Origin: Octopus sinensis
Lineage: Eukaryota
Assembly (NCBI RefSeq): GCF_006345805.1
Contig: NW_021824002.1
Span: forward strand, 1-20,605
Direction: 5' to 3'
DNA length: 20,605 nt
Below the pieces are notes generated by a model that saw only the letters and a list, made by a program, of their open reading frames with translations, was not told the DNA's origin and did no database searches. The position numbers and the translations under genes were made by a program. Of the stretch, positions 1 through 9,932 are shown piece after piece (the first letter of the stretch is position 1; each line of letters opens with the position of its first letter).

Positions 1-254
1 AATAAATGCGCCCTTTTAAAGCCTAGCCATTCTCATGGGCCCGGTTTCCCGGTTTCAATAGTGTATGTGTTCCCCAGCTGGACGGGACGCCAGTCCATCG
101 CAGTGTTACTCATTTTTGCCAGCTGAGTGGACTGGAGCAACGTGAAGTGAAGTCTTTTGCTCAAGAACACAGCGCGTCGTCCAGTCCAGGAATCGAAACC
201 ACAATCTTACGATCATGATGCTGACACCCTAACCACTAGGCCACGCGCCTCCAC
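1..254 (-). mobile_element. tRNA-derived SINE, family A (label used here)
   Basis: The reverse complement begins GGAGGCGCGTGGCCTAGTGGTTAGG (A-box-like) ... GGTTTCGATTCC (B-box-like). It aligns end to end with the plus-strand copy at 6916-7167. Confidence 0.9.
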
Positions 255-278
255 AAGAGAATCTGTACAGTGCTAAAA

Positions 279-590
279 CTAAAATGTTTGATACAAACTG
301 TAGGTAGCCAAATGTACTGAAGAGCTTTGAACTAAATTTTTGCAAGAAACCATATTGGAGTAAAGCAAATGTCTGATACAAACCATGATGTATCCGACTA
401 AATGTCTGATACAAGCTATAATGTCTGACGGTCTATAAGAAGTGAAATAAAACATATGATACCAACTATACGATACAAAACTATTTGAGAGAAAATGTAG
501 AATGTCAAACTAAATATCTGATGCAAATTGCTGGGTCCAAATCTGCATGTCTGACACAGATTAGAGCATGTCAGACTGTTTGATACGACC
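279..590 (+). repeat. Dispersed degenerate motif array, consensus about AAATGTCTGATACAA
   Basis: Related motifs at about 281-298, 367-383, 400-416, 420-429, 511-527, 547-560 and 577-590, with irregular spacing. Confidence 0.45.
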
Positions 591-687
591 TGTAGTGTCT
601 CATACTAAACAGCTTATATAGATAATAGTCTCATACTATATGAAATCACTGTATAGAGAGAAATTAAATATATATTTGAGAAACAGA

Positions 688-864
688 ATAGGTGCAGGAG
701 TGACTATGTGGTAAGTATCTTACTTACCAACCACATGGTCCCGGGTTCAGTCTCACTGCGTGGCATCTTGGGCAAGTGTCTTCTACTATAGCCTCGGGCC
801 GACCAAAGCCTTGTGAGTGGATTTGGTAGACGGAAACTGGAAGAAGCCCGTCGTATATGTATAC

Positions 865-933
<69 letters not shown>

Positions 934-1140
934 CGTTTGTGTGTCTGTTTGTCCCCACAGCATCGCTTGACAACCGATACTGATGTGTTTACGTCCACGT
1001 AACTTAACGATTCGGCAAAAGAGACCGATAGAATAAGTACTAGGATTACAAAGAGAATAAGCTCTGAGATCAATTTGCTCGACTATAAAGGCGGTGCTCC
1101 AGCATGGCCGCAGTCAAATGACTGAAACAAGTAAAAGAAA
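688..1140 (+). mobile_element. tRNA-derived SINE, family B, full length, with internal (TA)n(TG)n
   Basis: Head ATAGGTGCAGGAGTGACTATGTGGTAAG...GGGTTCAGTC and tail ...GCAGTCAAATGACTGAAACAAGTAAAAG. It aligns with copies at 1323, 2786 and 10973. Probable TSD AAACAGA (681-687 and 1141-1147). Confidence 0.92.
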
Positions 1141-1322
1141 AAACAGAGGAAAAAAATGTCGGACTAAATTTCTAGTTGAAATTATTGTCAAAATATATGC
1201 TTGATATAGAATGCAGGCAGTGTGACTTAATTTCATGAAGGAACTGTAGCGTCTCTTATGGAAGCTTTAGCGTATCAGAATTAATATCCTGTAGAACATC
1301 GAGAATGCAGGATATTACTCTC

Positions 1323-1529
1323 TTACTCTTTTACTCGTTTCAGTCATTTGACTGCGGCCATGCTGGAGCACCGCCTTTAGTCGAGAAAATCGACCTCAGG
1401 ACTTATTCATTGTAAGCCTAGTACTTATTCTATCGGTCTCTTTTGCCGAACCGCTAAGTTACGGGGACATAAACACACCAGCATCGGTTGTCAAGCTATG
1501 TTGGGAGGACAAACACACACACACCACAG

Positions 1530-1603
<74 letters not shown>

Positions 1604-1769
1604 CGACATTCTTCTTTCAGTTTCCGTCGACCAAATCCACTCACAAGGCTTTGGTCGGCCCGAGGCTATAGTAGAAGACACTAGCCCAAAGTGCCGCGCA
1701 GTGGGACTGAACCCGGAACCATGTGGTTGGCAAGCAATCTACTTACCACACAGCCACTCCTGCGCCTAT
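1323..1769 (-). mobile_element. SINE family B, full length, inverted relative to the 688-1140 copy
   Basis: The reverse complement matches the family B head and tail, with an internal (TA)n at about 1532-1602. Confidence 0.92.
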
Positions 1770-1794
1770 ATATTGGCATAACAAAAATATACAG

Positions 1795-2051
1795 CATTAG
1801 TTCTCAACTATTTTTTTAGCATATGGGTTCCTTTCGTTCTTATTTTGCTTGGTTCCACCCTCTTAGCCATTTGGCATTTTAAACATCCAATTATAGATTT
1901 GTAATTAAAAATTATTAGGGATTATACAAATAATACTGTTAAAATAGTTTCTGTATTGTAGAACTATCAGCAATTTATTGCACATGGATTTTAACAACAA
2001 AACCCTATACGGACCCCCAAGGGTCATGTGGACCACCATTAAGAACCACGG
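1795..2051. mobile_element. hAT (Charlie-like) MITE
   Basis: Termini CATTAGTTCTCAAC and ATTAAGAACCACGG both resemble the Charlie-type TIR CAGTGGTTCTCAAC. There is an 8-bp TSD ATATACAG (1787-1794) / CTATACAG (2052-2059); 8-bp TSDs are a hAT hallmark. Confidence 0.7.
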
Positions 2052-2481
2052 CTATACAGTATCCGAATTAATATACAGTAGAAACGTACTACTGTGTTCA
2101 GTGTTTTGTATTCAGTTTTGTGCTAGCATTCACTTTATCTTTCCGTCGGCCTAGAAGCTAATCACCAGCAAACAAAGGAGCCTCTATTTGATTGCTTTGA
2201 ATTTCTACTGAAAGCAGCCACATTCACATAAAACCAGTCTTTATCATCTTAAAAATTGCAAGTCACTTTGGATAACGCATTTCTTTTCGGAGTAAAGACT
2301 CAGTGCGGGAACAGCTTAGTTTTCAAGGGCCCACACAATTTCGACTCCCTAACAAACAACTCCAGAGATTTGTGAATGTATTCAACGAACATTTACAAAA
2401 TTTTTATCTGAAGTACCAGAAAAATCAACATCACGGCTGCAATCTGTCCGACTCGCTGCTTGACCAGAAACAGTCCCGAAG

Positions 2482-2739
2482 AAAACTCCTCGAGGCCCCC
2501 GGCAAGGGGTGGTGGTGAACCCTGCTGTACTCTTTGACCATAACCTTCTCTCAATCTTTCTTCTTGTTTCTGCTGTACCTGTATTTCAAAGGGGCAGCCT
2601 TGTCATGCTGAATCTCCGCGAGAACTACATTAAGTTTACACGTATCTATGGCGTGCTCAGACATTTGCACGTTAATTTCACGAGTAGGCTGTTTCGTTGA
2701 TCGGATCAGCTGAAACCTAGGTGGTCGTAACCGACAGAG

Positions 2740-2743
<4 letters not shown>
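2482..2743 (+). mobile_element. SINE family C, 5'-truncated
   Basis: Aligns with the reverse complement of 4931-5200 and ends ...GTCGTAACCGACAGAGTGCC. Confidence 0.85.
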
Positions 2744-2782
<39 letters not shown>

Positions 2783-2785
2783 AAT

Positions 2786-3154
2786 AACCCGGAACCATGT
2801 TTCCGGGTTCAGACCCACTGCGTGGCACCTTGGCAAGTGTCTTCTACTATAGCCTGAGTGGATTTGGTAGAGGGAAACTGAAAGAATCCCGTCGTATATA
2901 TGTATGTATGTATATGTGTGTATACGTTTGTGTGTCTATGTTTGCCCCCCCTCCCCCCAACATCGCTTGACAACCGATGCTGGTGTGTTTACGTCCCCGT
3001 AATTTAGCGGTTCGGTAAAATAGACCGATAGAATAAGTACTAGGCTTACAAAGAATAAGTCCTGGAGTCGATGTGCTCGGTTAAAAAGGTGATCCTCCAG
3101 CATGGCTAAAGTCAAATGACTGAAACATGTGAAAGAGTAAAATAGTAAAAGAGT
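2786..3154 (+). mobile_element. SINE family B, 5'-truncated, with a short 5' inversion and an internal deletion
   Basis: Matches family B from TTCCGGGTTCAG onward. About 20 bp is missing between two AGCCT microhomologies near 2852. Bases 2786-2800 are the reverse complement of the family head sequence. Confidence 0.88.
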
Positions 3155-3589
3155 ATATGTATATATATATATGTATGGATTTGCTTGCGCGAACAATTTG
3201 GTCATAAGTCTCCTTCAACAAAGGATGACCTGTGGCTAAATAACAGCCAAGACAATTTCAAACCAGAAGTTAGTGGACGTAATCGAATCAATTCTCTATA
3301 CATTCCATTTACAAATTGCCTCCTTGAAACCAATTACGCGCTGACCTAGTGAGAGATTAGAACCAGAGTCCTACAACTATCGGCATATACCAATTCCGGT
3401 TTTCTTAGTATAATTTTAATCGACATAACATATGTTCGAGCGTAAGTCAGTCTAAGTATCTACTGGTATGTGAGTGTATACATGTATGTATATATACGTG
3501 TGTTTATGTGTATGTGTGCGTGAGAAATTACGAGTTTTGCGGAAAGTGTCGCTCTCAAAACTCCAGCGAGGTTACATTCGTGGTTAACG

Positions 3590-3960
3590 AAAATGTATAT
3601 ATATTTATATACGAGTAGAACTATATGTATGTGTGAAAGTTCTCACATATACATATACATAGACCATATGCTTGTATGTATGTATATATGTATATATGCA
3701 TGTATATATACATATACATATATATATATCATTATATAATGCATACGTTTATATATATATATATGTATGCGTTGTGTATATATATATGTGTGTGCGTCTA
3801 TACATTTGTATGCTTGTTCTGTATACGTATCAATAAATGTTTTATGCAGGCCCATATATATACACATATTATATATACGTACATACATATATATATATAT
3901 ATGCACGCATATGTTATTTTTAATATGGAATTATTTATGTATGATAATATGTACATATAT

Positions 3961-4042
<82 letters not shown>

Positions 4043-4050
4043 GTATGCCT
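3590..4050. repeat. (TA)n/(TACA)n microsatellite cluster
   Basis: Directly visible; it explains the IYIY-type ORFs in the track. Confidence 0.95.
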
Positions 4051-4269
4051 TTAAACTGTCCGATTATGAGTTGTTACAAAAGCTAATGACTATTGCAGTT
4101 GAGTAATGTATTTGCCACCTGTTCTTCTGAATATTTCACTTCTTTTAATGTATAACTCAGCTGTTCCCCTGTACGACACACCACCACACCACCACACTCT
4201 GCCACAAAGAGAGAGATTGAGAGAAAAACACGGAGAGAGGTGGTGGGGGAGATCTACAGGCTGTGGTTT

Positions 4270-4341
4270 ATCCACACACACACTCACGTATGTATATGTA
4301 TATATATATATATATATATCCACACACATACTCACGTATAT

Positions 4342-4386
<45 letters not shown>

Positions 4387-4420
4387 TGTGTGTGTCTATG
4401 TATCTATGTATATGTATGCC
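4270..4420. repeat. (CA)n/(TA)n microsatellites
   Basis: Directly visible. Confidence 0.95.
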
Positions 4421-4498
4421 TAGCACTCACATAAACTGCACTAGACTATACATACATACTACGATTGCTATTTTAGCTTCTAATGTTACATCTGTTTT

Positions 4499-4563
4499 AC
4501 TGCTGCTGCTGCTGCCGCTACTGCTGCCGCTACTGCTGCTGCTCTTACTACCGCAGCTGCAGT
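4499..4563. repeat. Imperfect (CTG)n trinucleotide repeat
   Basis: CTGCTGCTGCTGCTGCCGCTACTGCTGCCGCTACTGCTGCTGCT... Confidence 0.9.
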
Positions 4564-4784
4564 TGTACATGCGGAGGCTTGCATTGCTACATATTTCGAC
4601 AGTGTGTGAAGACAATCGTGTTAGTGTTGCCATGTGTGATGTAGAAAGGAAAAGCAAAAAAAAAAAACAAAAAAAAAATTCTAATAAATTATTAATACTT
4701 ACTCTGTTTAAGAAAACATTAGGTCACTGGCTTAAATTCTTTATTTTTAGTTTTAGTATTGCTAATATGGGCGACAACTCTTGA

Positions 4785-4832
4785 CATTTGCCGACGCGTT
4801 TCGGGCCTTTTAGATCTCCTCGGCTTAGCAAA
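4785..4832 (-). ncRNA. Decayed minimal type I hammerhead-like relic
   Basis: The minus strand reads TTTGCTAAG-CCGAGGA-GATCTAAAAGGCCC-GAAA-CGCG-TC-GGCAAA. The GAAACGCGTC end is typical of Penelope-type mini-hammerheads. The core has U4 changed to C and stem II is damaged. Confidence 0.3.
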
Positions 4833-4922
4833 AGCTATCTTCGTAATATAAACACAATATGTAAATATATAGATTAATATGTTATATAAATTAATGTCAA
4901 GTATATCATTATACTGGTATAC

Positions 4923-5311
4923 TAATTTTTGGAAGCACTCCGTCGGTTACGACGATGAGAGTTCCGGTTGATCCGATCAACGGAACAGCCTGCTCGTGAA
5001 ATTAACGTGTAAGTGGCTGAGCACTCCACAGACACATGTACCCTTAACGTAGTTCTCGGCGATATTCAGCGTGACACAGAGAGTGACAAGGCCGGCCCTT
5101 TGAAATACAGGTACAACAGAAACAGGAAGTAAGAGTGAGAGAAAGTTATGGTGAAAGAGTACAGCAGGGATCCCCACCATCCCCTGCCGGAACCTCGTGG
5201 AGCTTTAGGTGTTTTCGCTCAATAAACATTCACAACGCCCGGTCTGGGAATCGAAACAGCGATCCTACGACCGCGAGTCCGCTACCCTAACCACTGGGCC
5301 ATTGCGCCTCC
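4923..5311 (-). mobile_element. tRNA-derived SINE, family C, full length
   Basis: Minus-strand head GGAGGCGCAATGGCCCAGTGGTTAGG...GTTTCGATTCCC. TSD TACTGGTATAC (4912-4922) / TACTGGTGTAC (5312-5322). Confidence 0.92.
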
Positions 5312-5833
5312 TACTGGTGTACACCTATATAGTGAATCACTATAAGTGTAGCATCAGCATGTGTTACAAGTATGCTGGGTGAAATAATTCAGAAATGCCA
5401 TACTTTGAAAAAGAATATAACATTATTCAGTCACAGAGCGGCAACAAAATCTAATCAATTAATTATTAATAGTACTTACGCTTTAACGTTAATTTATTCA
5501 TTCGCTTGAGAACAGATGAGAATTTTGGACGAGTTTCGGACTAATTAAGCCTTTTTACTTGAATATGCACATAATATATGCTCTTCCATATATAACGGTA
5601 AAATACCCAATCTCTCTGCTGTCCCCCCCCCATTTCTCTGGTATACTCCTTTCGAAATATTACTTTCTTGTCTGTAATATATTGATATAAGAGTGTATAA
5701 AATATTTTTATACACAAAGATAAGACCATTGACAGGACTCCTTACATGCTAAAAAGGCCAGTTAAAACCCAAACTACGAAAATGAGACTCATGAGACACG
5801 CTGTTATAACGCTAGAAAGAACAAAAAAAAAAA

Positions 5834-5922
5834 GAATTAGTTAATCTCGAACTCGAGTTTCGCTATTAATTGCCAAATACACTAATTTGGAATCTATAGC
5901 TCATCAGCAGAATTGCTAATTA
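5834..5922 (-). ncRNA. Type I hammerhead ribozyme with palindromic stem III, partly decayed
   Basis: Minus strand: CUGAUGA (5907-5901); stem II GCUAU/AUAGC, extended by CCAAAU/AUUUGG; GAAA (5861-5858); stem III palindrome ACUCGAGU; GUU triplet. Stem I has mismatches near the core and a distal AAUUAG/CUAAUU helix. Confidence 0.65.
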
Positions 5923-6221
5923 ATGAATAATTATGTAGTTGCAAATACGCACAGAAAACACGTGCGCAAGACAGCTACATCTTTATTAAGGATTCGAACT
6001 TAGTGCGAGCTTAAATATATAGTCCAGCAGTAAATAAATAAATTTAAAACTGTGTCCTATATGGCCTCTGAATTATAAATATTACTATCGTAAATATAAA
6101 TGTAATAAATTAAAATAATTTATTACCAGGGGTTAGCATGCAGAAAAATAAGTCATAAGACGTAACATATTTTTATAAATATAAAAGTGTATAAAATATT
6201 TTCATGCACAAAGATGAGCCC

Positions 6222-6260
<39 letters not shown>

Positions 6261-6261
<1 letters not shown>

Positions 6262-6538
6262 GAAATGAAGAAAATGCTGACAAAATAATTTAAGTATGTA
6301 AGTAATTTAATTAGGTGAAAGTTCTTTTTACCGGTTGCGCATTTGTTATGCTTATCAAAAGATTAGAGTTCCTTTCTGATAGATTTTTTCCTCTTATCTG
6401 GATAAGAGGAAAAAGTCTATCAGAAAGGAACTCTAATCTTTGATAAGCATAACAAATGCGCAACCGGTAAAAAGAACTTTCACCTAATTAAATTACTTAC
6501 ATTACTTAAATTATTTTGTCAGCATTTTCTTCATTTCC
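6261..6538. repeat. Near-perfect palindrome (138-bp arms, 2-nt spacer), possible foldback element
   Basis: Arms 6261-6398 and 6401-6538 differ by one substitution and two 1-nt indels. (TA)n tracts lie on both sides. Confidence 0.95.
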
Positions 6539-6587
6539 TCTTTTATGTATCACAACTCGTGTTCCACATCTCCTTTTTTTAATATAT

Positions 6588-6631
<44 letters not shown>

Positions 6632-6639
6632 AATACACC

Positions 6640-6846
6640 GACAGTAAATCAAAATTCCATAAATACTGTCTGTAATTCTGTATTGACTCGGATGGAAAAA
6701 TGTTCGTTCAAGAAGGACTTCAGTCTGAACAATTTTCATGATGTTTTATATTTAGATGCTTTTATCAAATTTATTCAGTTGTTATAAATAAATCTTGGAA
6801 TTAAATGGTTTTCATTTACTGTCAGGTGAGTTCGGCCAACCCTGTA
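6640..6846 (+). mobile_element. Probable 3' end of a Tc1/mariner-type DNA transposon
   Basis: Frameshifted SINTVCNSVLTRMEK / FVQEGLQSEQF resembles the C-terminal 'R...CI...GG.FE' segment of Tc1/mariner transposases. It ends GGCCAACCCTG followed by TA, like a mariner TIR plus TA target. No left TIR was seen. Confidence 0.45.
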
Positions 6847-6915
6847 TACATATATATATTATATATATATGTGTGTGTGTGTGTGGTGTGTGTGTGTGTG
6901 TGTGTGTGCATGCGT

Positions 6916-7167
6916 GTGGAGGCGCGTGGGTTAGTGGTTAGGGTGTCAGCACCATGATCGTAAGATTGTGGTTTCGATTCCTGGACTGGGCGACGCGTTG
7001 TGTACTTGAGCAAAACACTTCATTTCACGTTGCTCCTGCCCACTTAGCTAGCAAAAATGAGTAACGCTGCGATGGACTGGCGTCCCATCCAGCTGGGGAA
7101 CACATTCGCCATAGAAACCGGAAAACCGAGTCCATGAGCCTATCTAGGCTTTAAAAGGGCGCATTTA
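6916..7167 (+). mobile_element. SINE family A, full length
   Basis: Aligns with the reverse complement of 1-254; A- and B-box-like motifs in the head. Confidence 0.9.
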
Positions 7168-7689
7168 TATATATATATATATATATAAAGAGAGAGGGAG
7201 AAAGTGAAAATGAAAGAATGAGAGAAGGGAGTGAGAGAAGCAAGCCTACATGTGATCGCATATATATACACATATACACATTTACATATAATCATGTGTG
7301 TGAAAATGTGTTTGTGTGTGTGTGTGTGTTTCTTTGCGTAATAATGAAAAAGCCAGCATAAATTTTCAGTATTCGTTTTATCATCAATGTATCAATTTTC
7401 TTCTCTATTTCCGGAGACTGGCAGTTACCAATTATATTATATTAGATGGAAGTGAATGTTCAGACGAAGAACGGATCGACTTAACGTTGTGCGATTGGTG
7501 GGTGAATGTATGGGTCGAGGCAACTGATAGGTTTTGCCAATATATTGGAGTGAGTGTGAAAATCTACGAGCAGCACATAAAATGCACTCTGTGTATACCC
7601 CACTTCCTTTTGGAATCATGTATTATATATATGTATATATGTATATATATGCTCCAAAAGATATCAGTATCTGTATGTCTTTCTCTCTG

Positions 7690-7860
7690 AACATACATCC
7701 ATCCATCCACCTAACCACCCACCCAACCACCTACCCACATACCTACCTACCTACCCACCCACTTACCTACCTACCTACCTACCTACCTGTCTGTCTGTCT
7801 GTCTGTCCGTCCATCCATCCATCCATCCATTTATCTATCTATCTGTTTGTCAATCCATCC

Positions 7861-7903
<43 letters not shown>

Positions 7904-7973
7904 ATCTATCTATCTATCTATCTGTTTGTCAATCCCTCCCTCCGTCCGTCTATTATTATTATTATTATTATTA

Positions 7974-8006
<33 letters not shown>

Positions 8007-8052
8007 CATATTATTATTGTTATTATTATCATCATCATCATTATTATTATTA
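7690..8052. repeat. Compound microsatellite (CATC, CTAC, TCTG, TC, TCTA, then ATT)
   Basis: Directly visible. Confidence 0.95.
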
Positions 8053-8956
8053 TATTTCCTTCTTTCTTCAAATTTTCTTCAATTTCTCGCCGTGTGTTTT
8101 TCCGTACACCTAAGGCAGAGAAGCTCATTGCATGCATTCCCAGATTACACACGCAAATTCACAGGTAAAATACGTATTTTAAAAAATTAATAAATAATTA
8201 AATTCATGAATGTATGTTGTTTTCACTCGATAATGCTCTTCTCAGTACGAGTCAATCTAGTTAACACGAATTTTTGCACTTCCTGTAGGGATGGTAAACC
8301 TGGTATCATTTTCAAATAGGTTTCAGTACCTTTTTTTTTTAATCATTCCTAGAGAGCCTACAATCACTGGTACTGTAGTCGCCTTGAGATGCCTCATTTT
8401 TTCAGTTTCTATTAGCAAGTCTTTATATTTACTAATCTTGTCAAATTCTTTCGCCGCTCTATTGTGATCGCAAGGAATACTCACGTCAATTAATAAACAC
8501 ACCTTTTTTGTCTGATCTTTTATAATAATATCCGGTTTATTAGCTTTTATAGTTTTGTCGGTATGTACGGGGAAGACCCAGAGAATCGACACATTTTCTT
8601 TCTCAATCACAGCTTCAGGATGGGGTTTATATAACATTTGACGGCGGTTTTGATTTTATAATGCCGACATATTGTCCAGTGTAAATACTGGCCGACTCTG
8701 TCATGTCTTGCTTTATATTTTACAGGTTTTACACCCTGAGATTAGGTGGTCTATTGTTTCAATCTCATCGTTACAGAATCGGCATTTTGGGTCAGCTCCA
8801 TTTTTAATCACATTGGCTTGTTAGTTCCGGGTTAATAAGCTGTGGTCTTGAGCAGCTAATATGAAACCTTCACTTTCTGCTTTTAGCCCTGAGTTTCGTA
8901 ACCATTGGTGCGTGTGTTTCTAGTCAACATCCGCTTGTTTGCTACGCGCCACATAC

Positions 8957-8957
<1 letters not shown>
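8053..8957 (-). mobile_element. 5'-truncated R2-superfamily LINE (R4/Dong-like): C-terminal CCHC knuckle, restriction-like endonuclease and 3' UTR; disrupted
   Basis: Minus-strand translation gives WLRNSGLKAESEGFILAAQD, CRFCNDEIETIDHLISGC (CCHC), RHDRVGQYLHW, and KPDIIIKD...LLIDVSIP...KYKDL (PD..D endonuclease, ORF 8323-8637). It has stops and frameshifts, and (TAA)n flanks both ends. Confidence 0.88.
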
Positions 8958-8999
<42 letters not shown>

Positions 9000-9063
9000 T
9001 TATCATTATTATTATTATTTATCATTATTATTATTGTTATTATAATTATTATTATTATTATTG

Positions 9064-9115
<52 letters not shown>

Positions 9116-9125
9116 TACTACTACT
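8957..9125. repeat. (ATT)n microsatellite
   Basis: Directly visible. Confidence 0.97.
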
Positions 9126-9352
9126 AAGGTGGCAAGCATGCAGAATCGTTAGCACACCGGAGAAAAATGCTTAGTAGCATTTCGTTCGTCTCCCTTTAGG
9201 TTCTCAGTTCAAATTCCGACGAGGTTAGCTTTGTCCTTTAACCTTTTGAGTTCGATGAAATAAGCACCAGTAGAGGACTGATGTCGATAAAATCGACTAG
9301 ACCCCTTCCCCTTAAAACATTTCAAGCCCTCTAACTATAGCAGAAATGAGTA
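9126..9352 (+). mobile_element. SINE family E monomer, diverged
   Basis: Head AAGGTGGCAAGCATGCAGAATCGTTAGCAC, B-box-like GTTCAAATTCC. Aligns with the copies at 10027, 13158 and 16753. Confidence 0.8.
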
Positions 9353-9611
9353 TTAGTATTGCTTTCATTATTATTTTAATATATTTTTCTAATCAAAGTT
9401 AAGGGGTCAAAGAATTTGTATAGTGCTAGATAAAATATTGCATGCCAATTAAACCCGTCTCTTTTTCATTCTGGGTTTAAACCCCATTGGGTGTCAGTAA
9501 GTACCAATCATGCACTAGTGTCAAATCAAAAGAGTTATTCCATCTTCCGTTCTAATTTCTGAACTCGCGCCGAAATTAGAGACCCCTATTTCAACTCTAT
9601 CATCCCTGACA

Positions 9612-9639
9612 TCGTCGTCGTTATCATCACTCATTATTA

Positions 9640-9698
<59 letters not shown>
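9612..9698. repeat. (ATT)n microsatellite
   Basis: Directly visible. Confidence 0.95.
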
Positions 9699-9894
9699 TA
9701 ATAGTTTTATTTTTATAGCGAGCTTTCACTTCACTACCGAGCGCAGCTCTGTGTGCCTTGCTATGTACTGTGGCTTGTTGTGATACTCTTATGGTTACTG
9801 TATTGAAAGTGTTTTGCGTAGGATGTGTGCAGTGCCCAGTAGTGCAATTTTCTATATGTGTATATATTTGTAAGTCCTGGTGTTTTTGTTATGC
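9699..9894 (-). mobile_element. 3' end of a second R4/Dong-like LINE family
   Basis: The minus strand encodes ITKTPGLTNIY..KIALLGTAHILRKTLSIQ*, the usual last residues of R4/Dong-like ORFs. About 110 nt of 3' UTR follows and runs into (TAA)n. The UTR differs from that of the 8053-8957 element. Confidence 0.75.
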
Positions 9895-9897
9895 ATT

Positions 9898-9932
<35 letters not shown>

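Noticed and set aside
3643-4784. IYIY, THTH and poly-Leu ORFs, and similar ORFs throughout the window
   Set aside because: They are microsatellite translations.
5240-5311. tRNA genes at SINE heads (also near 180-254, 6916 and 18860)
   Set aside because: They have A/B boxes but no acceptor stem, and they continue into repeat bodies with TSDs or tails.
6826-6831. Strong splice donor CAG/GTGAGT
   Set aside because: It lies in the probable mariner terminal region, and the upstream frames hit stop codons.
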